From Oscillospiraceae bacterium (GTDB lineage Bacteria; Bacillota; Clostridia; Oscillospirales; Oscillospiraceae), in NCBI GenBank assembly GCA_017397565.1, contig JAFQIL010000027.1, positions 3,481 to 67,480 on the forward strand: a DNA stretch of 64,000 nt, read 5' to 3'. The notes beneath the pieces are model-generated. The model had not been told where the DNA came from, did not search any database, and saw only the letters and a program-made list of their open reading frames with translations. Positions within the stretch are counted from its first letter, which is position 1; every line of letters starts with the position of its first letter. This document shows, one piece after another, positions 1 through 10,136 of this stretch. Both the position numbers and the translations under genes were made by a program.

Positions 1-3000
1 GATTAAAACTGTCCAAAGCCTCCGAGGCGAATCTGCCGATATACTTCTCCAGGTAGGTCTCATCTTCATCATCGTCACGAGCCGCATACACGAAAGAGAC
101 CAGGAATGCGTTGAGAATCTGTGAAGCCGCCACTGCGCCCCATGTTCTGCGGATACCACCCTTCACGCCCCGCTTGTGCTGCAAGACTGCGTCCACAGCC
201 ATATTGAGGCTTGTGTTAGGCTCTGCGTAGAAGGATGTGATCATCTTTACGCCGCTATCCTTAGAGCGCATGATCTGACTGCGGGACAAAACCGAGTCGT
301 AAACCTGCGTCCGGGTGATGACCTCGGTAAACCTCTCCCCGGCCTTTTGGAAAAATGCGTCAGAAGAGGGGTCCAAATCAGGATTCTGTTTTGCGGTTTC
401 CCGTTTAACTGCGTTCCAAATGTAACACCAGCTGATTTCGTCTGCCAAGGCAGGCGCTCTCGACAAAATGTCCTCCCGGTAGTTCTTATCCTTGAAGAAT
501 CCGGCAAACTTCTCGCCGAAGCTGTCGTACTCCTTGCCCTTTATATACTCCACAGTGCTTTTGCCCATGTTGATATCGAACCGGCCCATCTCTTTGATCA
601 GCGCAATTGGTGCCCACTTTTTGACCTCTTCCCAGGTAGCCTTTCTGCGTTTGCCTTCGATCTTGGGACCGATAAAGTGAATGGGATCAATCAAAGCTTG
701 CGCCCGGACGAGAGCCGACGGCTGCTGTACTACCACGGAAGCGGACAGATACACCGCGCCCTTCTTATGAAGACCCACAAGCTTGTTGATAATACCGGCA
801 TCCGGGTCACTACGGGCGCCGCCGTTGATGTCCTCCAACAGCTTGCTGATGTACTTGTTTGCCTGTCTGCCGTAGGCGTTTTGGATTGCACCCTTGACAG
901 ATTCCGTGTTCACATTTTCTTTAGCCTTGCCGCTGTTGAAATTGTACACCCGGTTAAAGTCCTCAATGGGAAGCACAAACGCATGGTACATACTCATGTC
1001 GTTAACATGCTCAGACCATACCTCTGTAAAGCTTCCCAATACAATGGGATTGGTGGCTCTCGGCGTGGTTTTCTTGGAGAAACCGGAATTTTTCAGCTTC
1101 ACATGACCGGCAGGCTCGTTTTTCTTCTGCAGATACTGATCCGCAGACCGCAGGGGGAAGTAGTTTTTTTCCTTGAAAAGCTTCAAGTCATACAGCGCCA
1201 TGGATACCGTGTTGCCCTTCTGCGCCAGCTCGTTGGAAAGGTAGCTTTGCATATCTTCCACAAACCCCTGTTGCTCCTTGGTTAGTGTTCCCACGATTTC
1301 CGCCAGGATCTCAGGGGACAGGTTATAGGCATTGGCTGTGTTGATGGTGTACTTAATGGGAACACCCAGTTTAGTTCTCTCCACAACCTCCGTCTGACTG
1401 TCATACACAAAGCCGCCTTTTTGCAAATGCTCAAGAGCTTGATCACGGCGGGACAGCGCATACAGGCTCATGATCTGTTCCAGATTCAGCTGGAATTCTC
1501 TTCCGGTGGTGGACTTGAAAGTGTGCTGCTTTTTCAGATCCCATCCGTCGTAGCCGTATTTCTTCACCATGTCCCGGTAGTAATCCCTTGCCTCTGTCAC
1601 ATCCACCGCCCAAACATCCTCGCCCTTGCGGATGTTTTCATACAGCTTGGTAAGGGTATTGGAGCCAATGGCTCTCATGGCATAGATCGGCTTCAGAAGA
1701 CTCCAGCCAAACCGTTTCATACCAGCCATAGATGTGACCGCTTTGATATGCTCGCCGCCTACCGACTTGACCTCGTTTTGCGTGTTGACAGACAGCTGCT
1801 GCACCGTCTCTCTGCGCCCTTCCAGGAAGGTCTTGTTGGCATCACGAACTGCCTTGGACACCGCCTTCACCGCTTCGTAAACCTTTTCCAATTGTGTCAT
1901 GGTCATGTTGCGGATAGGTGTTTCCCCGACAGTTTCTACCAGTTCCTCAAGAATCCCGGACAGCACCTCATCGTAAGCGTTCTGCAGCACAGGATCAGAC
2001 TCTTTTTGGATCTTTTCGTACTCCGTGTGAAGCTTGGAAAGTTGCTCCCCGATCTTATCACCGGCATTGCGGACATTGTCGATCCGTCGGGAGATGTCCT
2101 GAACCAGTTTAGTCTTACCGGCTTTCATAGCCTCTTCCAGCTGCGCCTCCAGATCCCGGATGCGGCTTTCCGCATCAACTGTATCCATGTTGATGGCATC
2201 CAGGATTTCCGACACAGCAGACTTCATACCCTCCGGGATGTGCTTGTCCTTGCTCTCATGCAGCAGAAGGTCGTTCAGCTTTTTCACAGCCTTTTGAACC
2301 TTGTGCCGCATCTCGGTCTTTTGCCGCCCCTCGGTTCTCCGCTGAGACGCTTCCCGGTACTTCTCCGCCGTCCGCTGCCGTTCCAGCTTCCGTTCCCGTT
2401 CCAATAGATCCTTCATGGGTTTGGTAGCTTCTAAGCCAAGAAGCCTCTTGTCCATCCGGTCCAGCTGCCGGGCCATCCGCTTGGCGGTCTCCCGCATTTC
2501 GTTCAACTTGGCGGTGTCCCGGGGACCGGGAGCAAAGGAGTATTCAAAGATTCGCCGGTTCAGTTTGTCCAGCCGGTCTTCCAAATCCTCTGCGTTTTGG
2601 ATCTGATCACGGTACTGCTGAAGCTTCTGCCGCTCTTCATCCGTCTGCGCCGCGCTTTCTAAGGCGTTGGCGAGGAGATAGCGGTTGGAGGTTTCTTCAG
2701 AGGGACGGGCCTGGTAGCGGATGTCCTGGTTTGCAGGATCAAATGTTCCCACATTATCCGTAGCACTCTTTACTTGCTCCGGTCTAAATACAACCGTTTC
2801 AGTAGGTACGGTAATGCCGTCATACTTCGTGTTATTGATGCTGTTGAACAATTCCGCTGCCTCAACCATGTCACCGATGGCAGTTGCACTTACATCTTGG
2901 ATAATTTGGAAAGCATCCCCGGAATTTTGGCCGCCCATGATTGTGTTCAAAATAGCATTTACATCGTAAGTACCATAATTCTCAATAGAATAGTCCTCAT

Positions 3001-6000
3001 TTTTCGCAACCGTTTCAAGAAAACGCCGAACTTGCAACCTGCTGACAGTATCTTTTCCATATTGCAACGGATGTTTTACATTAAGATAAACACTGTATAG
3101 ATTGCCATAGACTCCGGCTTGCTCTGCAGAATCCGTAAAGTAGAAACCTTTTCCGTACATACCGCTGCTTTTTGCTTTGCTTCTGTCAAATACAGTAAAC
3201 TGCGCACCGCTTCCGTGGTACATAACCTTTGGCGTTCCGTCTGCACTGACAATCAAAGACGAAGGCTTACCGTAATTAAACTCCGGGTCGTTGGACTTGA
3301 CAAGATTATAAAGATCTGCTACGCTATATCTGGTGGTTGATTCATCTCTAACGGTGTCTGCGCTATGCAAATCTGCATAGGTAAGGCCGGGGATGGAGTC
3401 AGCCACTTTTTCTATGTATTTCAGATTGTGGAATCTCTTGTCGTTTGGGTGCTTGGGGTCTTGGAAAATTTCCTCAATAGTTATCCTATAAAGGGAAATG
3501 CTATTATCTGGATTCATCCCAAGGGAATACAGCCTGTGATCAAATGCGATTCGGTCAGTAGCAGGAGTTTTAGAGTTGTTGCTATGATGTTCATGAACCT
3601 CTGTGTCCAAAAGAATTCCGTTTTCGATAAGTTCCCTTATCGCTGTTAAGGCATCAACAGACAGGCCGCCTCCTCCGGAATGCGCAACAGTATTCCTTTC
3701 CCCGTCGCCAGAGATTCTAATTTCCCATCCATCGCCTGTACTTTTTTTCGTATCCTTGTTAATAACACTTCCGCGCTGTTGCTTTAAGAAGGCCTTAAAT
3801 TCTGATTTGCCCAAGACCATTTCTGGGATTTTTGCAATAGCAACAAGAGCGCCGTCGTACATTCTCCAATCACCAAACCAAGCTCTAAAAAACGGAGACT
3901 TTGCACCAAGGTCCATATAGTATTTATGCGCCCACTTTTGTGACTTTTTAAGATCTTCCGCGGAGAACTGATTCACACTCTTTCTGCCGATACTCCGCAA
4001 AGTGTGCACGTCCTGGATAGAAATAGGCTTGTTGTACTCTGGATACAACTGCTGGACTGTTGCCCTCGCCTGCATCTGCACCCTGCCGTTGGCAATGTTA
4101 TCGGAAACATCTATGTCTCCACTGATAACTTCGTCGGTATCTGCCAAATCTTTCTGCTTGACAGTTTCTATTTCCTCGGGTATAATTTCTTCATAGAAAG
4201 ATGCATCGTTCAACACCGAAGGCACAGTGCTGCCGGAAGTTCTTTGCGGCGCATCTTTCTTTTTTTCATAAATCACTTCGTTGTTTGAATTTTTCAGAAG
4301 TTCTTTCAGTTTTCCGGTTTTCGGAGGATATGTCGTAACAAGAATATTATACAAGCCGCCCTCATAGCCGTTCATATAAACAGAGTCCTTGTTGTTACCA
4401 ATCTCTATAACTGCAAAAGCTTTATCGCCTGATTCTGTGCCAAATTCAACCACCAAGACATATCGATCGTTGACATTTTGGTAGACAATATATCTAGGAT
4501 CGTTCATTCCTTCGATCATCGCAATAATTTCTTTTGGAGATAGACGATTTAATCTTCCGTTCTCTTCTCCCTCTCTTGTCATTGCATTGTAAGCTTTATC
4601 TGCGCTAATTGCTATCGGGTTGTTGTCAATAATATCTCCTTTCTTCTTTTTGGCCCAATAGATAAGCGTAGCTGGTGTGTTAATTCTAACCGGGATGTAT
4701 GTATTGCCATAAATATCGCCGTTTTCAACTTTCTTCAGCAATTCTAAAACATCCGCTTTGCTTACAGTTCTAGGATCTAGCTTATCTGGATTTTTGGTGG
4801 ATGGCTTTGCCTGTTGCTGGATACCCTCACTATCCACCGCGCCATAAGCCGTGTAATTGTCGCTTGCCTCCACAAGGGCAGCGGCAAATATTTTTTGCAG
4901 TTTTTGCAAAGATTCGCCCATCTGCGCCACAGTCTCTGCTTCCTCAGAACCCGTAGACAACTTGGCGTAGATGTTACGAATGCGCTTGATCAGATTGTCC
5001 AGGAAGTTCTTGATAGCCTGCACGACCCTGGCTCCCTCGGGGCTGGACTCCTTCAGCTTTACCAGCTCGTTTTGCAGATTGCCGTCATTAAACAGCTTCT
5101 GCATGGAGTCTGCCACCACTTCCCGGAACGCCTCATCATAGCTGACATCCCGGTCCCACAGGTATTCCAGTTCCTTCTGCTTGGCTTTGACTCTCTCATC
5201 CATGGACTTTCCGGTCTTGTCGTACTCGTTGATGAGGAAGTCTGCCAGTACCTTATACTGCGCCGGAGCATTGTTCTCGATAAAGTGGGTCAATTCGTGG
5301 GCAAGGGTGTACAGAGTCGCGCCCTTACTTCCCGCAAAGGTGTTCAGATCGATATAGATCCGCCCGTCTTTTCCGGTATACATACCGTTAGGCGCGCTGT
5401 GCAGATTTCCCTTGGAGTCCCGGAACACCCACTTGCCGTTTACCTTTTCGGACTTGAAGAAGACGATCTCACCGCCCAGGCCCAGTTCATTTAAGAATTT
5501 TGCCGTATCCACGCCAACCTTCTGCGCCTTGGATAGAGACTGGTTTGCCTCATCAAAGGCAACGGTGTGACCCTTCATGTCGGTAAAGTATACGCCCCTG
5601 GTTCCTTTCGACTTGGTGCCAGCCTCTGCGGCGGCCTTGGCTTCGCTCTGCGCCTGCTTCTGCTTGGCATCATATTCTTCCCTGGCTTTCTTGCCGTAGG
5701 CATACAGTTCATAGGACTGGCTCTTGGGCATATTGAAGCTGTCCAGTTTGCTTTCGCTGTAGCCGTACCAGCCTGCCTGGTAGGCGTCGATTGCCTCGTT
5801 GATGTAGCTGGGATTTTGGGAATCGACATGCTGCGCCATGAAGTTCGCCGCCCGGACGGTCAAAGTACGGGACTTGGACATAGCTTCATGCAGCATGGCT
5901 TCTTGTTCATTGGCATACTCGATCTCAGACTTGTCAACAACCTTATCGCCCATGTTATAGGTGATCTTTCCGTTGCCGACACTCTCGATCTGTAAGCTTT

Positions 6001-8251
6001 CCACAGCCTCACCGGTGTCCGTCCGGTAGGTCTTCCCATTCTGGGAGACCTTTGGAGCTTCCTTTGCTGTCGTTTTGGTTTCAGGCCGCCCGGACAGCTT
6101 GTTTTGTACCACATTGTAAGCCTGTGTCCGCCGTCCCGCCTGGGTTTCCGGATTCAGAAGCACCGACTGAACCGCCTCTGCCAGCTCCCGGCTGTTCTCC
6201 ATGACAATCGCTTGTGCCTCTTCTGTCAGGCTGAAAAAATACTCAACAAGGTTATTGGCCTGTTTCGCGGTTAACCCCTGCTCCTGAAGAGCCTGTGTCA
6301 GCGCAGCGGTATTCTGCGCAGTCATTTCCGTACTAAAATCTTGCCACATTCTGCCCATAGTGTAGGCATTGACCTTTTTGCCGGAAGAAATTCTGTCATT
6401 TACCCCCTGCGCCAAGGCATACTGCGCACTGTCGGCATCAAACTCCATGCCAAGATTCGTAAGGTCTTGGGCGGTTACCCCTCCCAACATAAGCTGCTGT
6501 CCTGTTCTGGAGGTGTTTACAGTTTCCGCTATGTTGCCGGGACCGCCAAGAACAAGACCGGAAAGACCGCCAAGCAAAGATTCATAGGCAACCTCTTCCC
6601 AGTCCGGCCTGTCTTGCTGGATATTGGTTGCAACCTCTTTAAACCACGGCTCTAAAACCGCCTGAAGGCCTTCTTCCAAAGCTTCGGAGCCAAAATTGCT
6701 GCCCATTTTGATGGCGACACGGGCAAGGACATTGTCAACCTTGTCAAGAATACTGCTGGTAATTTTGCTGGAAAGTTTACCGCCAAAATACGGGATTGCG
6801 TCCAGCAAGTAAGAGAGTCCCGCCTCAGATCCTCCAACCAATGTCGCATAGGTTCTTGCCTGACCTTTGCTATAGCCTGCGTTGATCATGTCTGCGTAGG
6901 CATTGCCGGCTGCACCAATACCCAAGGCAGCAGAACCGGCACCGGGACCGGCGACAGCACCGATAGCCATAGACGGTGCTTGGTTTGCAGTGTTTTGCAA
7001 AAAGTCAAACGCTAACTGTCCCAACGAATGACCGAACAATTTCGGACCGTCATCCGCAAGCTCCTCCCGTGCGTTTGCGCCGTAATACTCAAACTGTCCG
7101 GTGGGGATGTACTCGTCGCTGCCGGTTACCATGTTCCATGTTCCCTTGATCTGTCTGCCTAAGTTCCCAACAGCTGCCCAAAAATGTGCCTTTAAAGCTG
7201 CCATGGTGCTGCCATTGTCGAGTGCGGTGCGTTCGTCTGCCCATCTCTTGTTTTGCCGATCCTGAATAGACTTGTCGTATTCATCCGCCGCAGTTTTGCC
7301 GCCCGTATTGTAATGATAAATGAAGATTGCCTTTTCTTCAGGAGTCATGTAGGTGAAGTGGTCATAAATATCATTGTTGGGGTCGTACCACTCGTCATAA
7401 TGGTTTTCAAGCCAATATTCGTAGTCCTCGTCATAGATAACATCGTACTGGTCGTCTTCCTGTGCACCGTTTTTAGAAGGACCTACAAATTTACTTTTGG
7501 CTTCAAAGTCCGCATTGTTAACAACATCCTCAAGCTTGGCCCATTCCTGATAACGCTTGGAAAGGTTGTAATACTGCTCTTTTTCCGAATAAGCAGCTTG
7601 CATCTGCTCATATCCACCCCAGGGACTTGTGATCTCTGCCAGTCTGTCTTTCAAAGCCTGCTCAGCTGCCATAGCCTGAGAAGAGTCTGCGTAGGCATAG
7701 GGATTAAAGGAACCGATCTGCGCGTATATTTCCGATGCCTCGTCCACAACAGGCTTCATGACATCCATTTCCGTTTGCAATTGTCCAAGGTCAGCATTCA
7801 GGTGGCCTTGATAAACTTGGTTAGCTTGGTAGGCTTCCTGATATGCTGCCTCGTTTTCAAATTTGGAGTAGTAATTGTAGACATCTGTGTAGTTCTGCTG
7901 AAGTGCCGCCATGGAGTTGCGGAAAGATGCGTCATCCATTTTTTGATCTTGACCAAGGTTTTTGGACAGGTTCCATAAGTCTGTTGATGTTTTGGTATAG
8001 ATGTCCGCCGCATTTTTATAGGCAGCAAGATCTTCGGCGGAAAGATATCCGCCGCTGCTGATCTTATTGCGGTACTGCTCCAGGATGTCGTAAGCCTCTT
8101 TATTCTGCCGCTCCCAGCCGTACACGATTGCAGAGTCGTAGGATCTGTTCTCAGTCGGCGTAAACGCACCTACCCCCGTCCTTCTGTCTTCTGTCGGAGT
8201 AAACGAACCTACAGTGCGTCGCCTGTTAGTAGTTGCTTGATATGTGGCCAT
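1..8251 (-). CDS. Giant (>2750 aa, 3'-partial) polyvalent/internal virion protein with zincin metallopeptidase and ADP-ribosyltransferase-like domains
   Basis: Hand translation from ATG 8251 (MATYQATTNR, RBS AAGGGG) showed no stop to the window edge; frame checked at HELTH (~5285-5299), YHGS (~3209-3220) and position 2. Missing from the ORF track because its stop lies outside the window. Confidence 0.85.
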   Translation of the reverse strand, partial: MATYQATTNRRRTVGSFTPTEDRRTGVGAFTPTENRSYDSAIVYGWERQNKEAYDILEQYRNKISSGGYLSAEDLAAYKNAADIYTKTSTDLWNLSKNLGQDQKMDDASFRNSMAALQQNYTDVYNYYSKFENEAAYQEAYQANQVYQGHLNADLGQLQTEMDVMKPVVDEASEIYAQIGSFNPYAYADSSQAMAAEQALKDRLAEITSPWGGYEQMQAAYSEKEQYYNLSKRYQEWAKLEDVVNNADFEAKSKFVGPSKNGAQEDDQYDVIYDEDYEYWLENHYDEWYDPNNDIYDHFTYMTPEEKAIFIYHYNTGGKTAADEYDKSIQDRQNKRWADERTALDNGSTMAALKAHFWAAVGNLGRQIKGTWNMVTGSDEYIPTGQFEYYGANAREELADDGPKLFGHSLGQLAFDFLQNTANQAPSMAIGAVAGPGAGSAALGIGAAGNAYADMINAGYSKGQARTYATLVGGSEAGLSYLLDAIPYFGGKLSSKITSSILDKVDNVLARVAIKMGSNFGSEALEEGLQAVLEPWFKEVATNIQQDRPDWEEVAYESLLGGLSGLVLGGPGNIAETVNTSRTGQQLMLGGVTAQDLTNLGMEFDADSAQYALAQGVNDRISSGKKVNAYTMGRMWQDFSTEMTAQNTAALTQALQEQGLTAKQANNLVEYFFSLTEEAQAIVMENSRELAEAVQSVLLNPETQAGRRTQAYNVVQNKLSGRPETKTTAKEAPKVSQNGKTYRTDTGEAVESLQIESVGNGKITYNMGDKVVDKSEIEYANEQEAMLHEAMSKSRTLTVRAANFMAQHVDSQNPSYINEAIDAYQAGWYGYSESKLDSFNMPKSQSYELYAYGKKAREEYDAKQKQAQSEAKAAAEAGTKSKGTRGVYFTDMKGHTVAFDEANQSLSKAQKVGVDTAKFLNELGLGGEIVFFKSEKVNGKWVFRDSKGNLHSAPNGMYTGKDGRIYIDLNTFAGSKGATLYTLAHELTHFIENNAPAQYKVLADFLINEYDKTGKSMDERVKAKQKELEYLWDRDVSYDEAFREVVADSMQKLFNDGNLQNELVKLKESSPEGARVVQAIKNFLDNLIKRIRNIYAKLSTGSEEAETVAQMGESLQKLQKIFAAALVEASDNYTAYGAVDSEGIQQQAKPSTKNPDKLDPRTVSKADVLELLKKVENGDIYGNTYIPVRINTPATLIYWAKKKKGDIIDNNPIAISADKAYNAMTREGEENGRLNRLSPKEIIAMIEGMNDPRYIVYQNVNDRYVLVVEFGTESGDKAFAVIEIGNNKDSVYMNGYEGGLYNILVTTYPPKTGKLKELLKNSNNEVIYEKKKDAPQRTSGSTVPSVLNDASFYEEIIPEEIETVKQKDLADTDEVISGDIDVSDNIANGRVQMQARATVQQLYPEYNKPISIQDVHTLRSIGRKSVNQFSAEDLKKSQKWAHKYYMDLGAKSPFFRAWFGDWRMYDGALVAIAKIPEMVLGKSEFKAFLKQQRGSVINKDTKKSTGDGWEIRISGDGERNTVAHSGGGGLSVDALTAIRELIENGILLDTEVHEHHSNNSKTPATDRIAFDHRLYSLGMNPDNSISLYRITIEEIFQDPKHPNDKRFHNLKYIEKVADSIPGLTYADLHSADTVRDESTTRYSVADLYNLVKSNDPEFNYGKPSSLIVSADGTPKVMYHGSGAQFTVFDRSKAKSSGMYGKGFYFTDSAEQAGVYGNLYSVYLNVKHPLQYGKDTVSRLQVRRFLETVAKNEDYSIENYGTYDVNAILNTIMGGQNSGDAFQIIQDVSATAIGDMVEAAELFNSINNTKYDGITVPTETVVFRPEQVKSATDNVGTFDPANQDIRYQARPSEETSNRYLLANALESAAQTDEERQKLQQYRDQIQNAEDLEDRLDKLNRRIFEYSFAPGPRDTAKLNEMRETAKRMARQLDRMDKRLLGLEATKPMKDLLERERKLERQRTAEKYREASQRRTEGRQKTEMRHKVQKAVKKLNDLLLHESKDKHIPEGMKSAVSEILDAINMDTVDAESRIRDLEAQLEEAMKAGKTKLVQDISRRIDNVRNAGDKIGEQLSKLHTEYEKIQKESDPVLQNAYDEVLSGILEELVETVGETPIRNMTMTQLEKVYEAVKAVSKAVRDANKTFLEGRRETVQQLSVNTQNEVKSVGGEHIKAVTSMAGMKRFGWSLLKPIYAMRAIGSNTLTKLYENIRKGEDVWAVDVTEARDYYRDMVKKYGYDGWDLKKQHTFKSTTGREFQLNLEQIMSLYALSRRDQALEHLQKGGFVYDSQTEVVERTKLGVPIKYTINTANAYNLSPEILAEIVGTLTKEQQGFVEDMQSYLSNELAQKGNTVSMALYDLKLFKEKNYFPLRSADQYLQKKNEPAGHVKLKNSGFSKKTTPRATNPIVLGSFTEVWSEHVNDMSMYHAFVLPIEDFNRVYNFNSGKAKENVNTESVKGAIQNAYGRQANKYISKLLEDINGGARSDPDAGIINKLVGLHKKGAVYLSASVVVQQPSALVRAQALIDPIHFIGPKIEGKRRKATWEEVKKWAPIALIKEMGRFDINMGKSTVEYIKGKEYDSFGEKFAGFFKDKNYREDILSRAPALADEISWCYIWNAVKRETAKQNPDLDPSSDAFFQKAGERFTEVITRTQVYDSVLSRSQIMRSKDSGVKMITSFYAEPNTSLNMAVDAVLQHKRGVKGGIRRTWGAVAASQILNAFLVSFVYAARDDDEDETYLEKYIGRFASEALDSFN

Positions 8252-8262
8252 GCAAATCCCCC

Positions 8263-9396
8263 TTACTTATACGCGTTTGTTAATTGCCCCAGTCGATTAC
8301 CGCCCGCACTGCTGCCAGTAGTGGTTTTTTCCTCTTCTCCGTAGTCTCGATATTGGTTATTTAAATCATCCCAAATCCAAAGCTTTCCGTCCTCAGTTCT
8401 GTATATAGGCTGCCTTTTACCATTAATTACATCTGATGCACCAGTAATCTCGAGTGGGTAAACCCGTTTTTCCCCGTTAACTTCGATTGTTATATTGTTA
8501 GGCTGATAGCCGTTGGCAAACACACCGTTGGCCACATCCGGGTTCACATCATTGGTGTAGGGGTTGACGCCCTTGCCGTAGGTGTATTCTTTATCGCCAT
8601 ACTGGAATACGTAGTTGCCGTCCCCATCTGTGCGCATAAAGTTATAGTATGTTGGAGTTGTAACCTGGCTTGCCTCCCATTGATCCTGCAGCTGCTTGAC
8701 CTGTTCATCTGTCAGATCGTGCAGCTCCTGATAACCGGAAAAATCACCAAAGCTCGCCTTAACAGCCGCGCTGCTTTCTGCTTCCTGTCTTGCCTGCGCA
8801 GCGGCGTTCGCGTCAAAATTAGCCTGCCACTGCTGGTTGGCGATATCCGTGGCATACTGCTGCCAGCCAAAGGCTCTGCTCTCATCGGCTTCTGCCTTCA
8901 GAGCATCGTTCTGTGCCTGCCACAGATTCTGTGCGTCCATATATCTACCGTAGGCCATCTGATCCTCAGCACTCAACGCCGCATACTGATTGTAGAGGTT
9001 TTCCCCTTCCATCTGATAGCGATCCAGCGCCATTTGGTAATATTGGGGAGCCATGTCGTTGATTCCATTCAGATACCCCTGGTAAGCCTGCTGCCCGGCA
9101 TTCTGTGCCCATGTGTTGCCGTAGCCGCCGGTCATGGTGGAAGCCTGTCCCATGGTGTCTTGCATGGCCATCTTACCCTGCTGAATGTAACGGTCCACCA
9201 TCTGTTGGTACATCCCGTCATCGGCAGCATTGTACTGGAATGGGTCTCTGTTCTGCCAGGCATCCCGGGCAGAGTCCAGTTCTGCCTGCTTGCCGAAGGT
9301 ATACTCTCCCGGCCTTGTCGCCTTGTGGGTCTCATAGGCCTGGTATTTCTTCTTTGTGTCCTCGCTGTCCTGATAGGGTCTGTAATTGTATGCCAT
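8263..9396 (-). CDS. Probable internal virion/ejection protein (Q/Y/A-rich)
   Basis: 377-aa ORF in the late operon between the tail genes and the giant protein; GGYGNTWAQNAGQQAY motif typical of such proteins. Confidence 0.6.
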   Translation of the reverse strand: MAYNYRPYQDSEDTKKKYQAYETHKATRPGEYTFGKQAELDSARDAWQNRDPFQYNAADDGMYQQMVDRYIQQGKMAMQDTMGQASTMTGGYGNTWAQNAGQQAYQGYLNGINDMAPQYYQMALDRYQMEGENLYNQYAALSAEDQMAYGRYMDAQNLWQAQNDALKAEADESRAFGWQQYATDIANQQWQANFDANAAAQARQEAESSAAVKASFGDFSGYQELHDLTDEQVKQLQDQWEASQVTTPTYYNFMRTDGDGNYVFQYGDKEYTYGKGVNPYTNDVNPDVANGVFANGYQPNNITIEVNGEKRVYPLEITGASDVINGKRQPIYRTEDGKLWIWDDLNNQYRDYGEEEKTTTGSSAGGNRLGQLTNAYK

Positions 9397-9407
9397 GTTC
9401 TTCCTCC

Positions 9408-10136
9408 TTACTGAAGACTGAGTCGATAGTTTCCGTTGGTGATCTTTTCAAACTGTAGCCCAGCCACCACCAATGTCCCAGTGACTTCGGCACTGTTTAC
9501 GATCATCTTGTTGTTCTTAAATATCGCTACCGGGTGCTCCGCATCTGCGCTGTCGAACAGTTCCAAGCCGTCAGGCTTAAACTTTGCCGCCGCATTATAA
9601 ACATCGTTTCCTTCCGGATCTGTCGTTACCTGATAGATAGCAACACCGTAAACAGGATTTCCGTCATCGTCTTCGTCGATCTTGCCGGTCTTGATGTAGG
9701 CGTTGGTCTCGATTTTGCTGACCCTTCCATCGATGCCCTCGATCTCCTGTTTGGACGCATAGTTTTGCGTCAGGTTCTCCGAGGTCGCCTCGAACCGGGC
9801 ATTTGTTTCTTCCTGAAACGAACCAAACTCTGACTGCGCAACATATGTACCGCTCAGTTCTGCGCTGATTTTTTGGGAAAATTCCGACACAAATTCAGCA
9901 TTCTTGATGATCAGATCCCGTATCCCGGCGAACGTCTTTTTGGGGGCGGTTGCGTTCTTGACTGCCTCAGAAACAGAGCTTGCTGCCTTTTCCATAACCT
10001 GCGTCTGTTCTCTGTCCACAATCTCAAGCGCAAGGTTCAGCTCGTTGGTCATCTGATACAGATAGCTTTTAATCTGTTGAAGCATTCCCCGGTCTGTTGC
10101 CGCGTTGATATCCGGGAGTCTAAGTGTATAACTCAT
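9408..10136 (-). CDS. Phage structural (tail-associated) protein
   Basis: 242-aa ORF overlapping the upstream gene's stop; helical N-terminus, beta-rich C-terminus; position in the late operon. Confidence 0.55.
   Translation of the reverse strand: MSYTLRLPDINAATDRGMLQQIKSYLYQMTNELNLALEIVDREQTQVMEKAASSVSEAVKNATAPKKTFAGIRDLIIKNAEFVSEFSQKISAELSGTYVAQSEFGSFQEETNARFEATSENLTQNYASKQEIEGIDGRVSKIETNAYIKTGKIDEDDDGNPVYGVAIYQVTTDPEGNDVYNAAAKFKPDGLELFDSADAEHPVAIFKNNKMIVNSAEVTGTLVVAGLQFEKITNGNYRLSLQ

Noticed and set aside
176-7978. Long plus-strand ORFs (176..1285, 1421..2407, 4814..5494, 7253..7978)
   Set aside because: Antisense shadows of the giant minus-strand gene; no motifs or RBS.
8140-8215. Short duplication (VG.FTPTE.R twice) at the giant protein N-terminus
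   Set aside because: Real but only two short units, with no supportable function.
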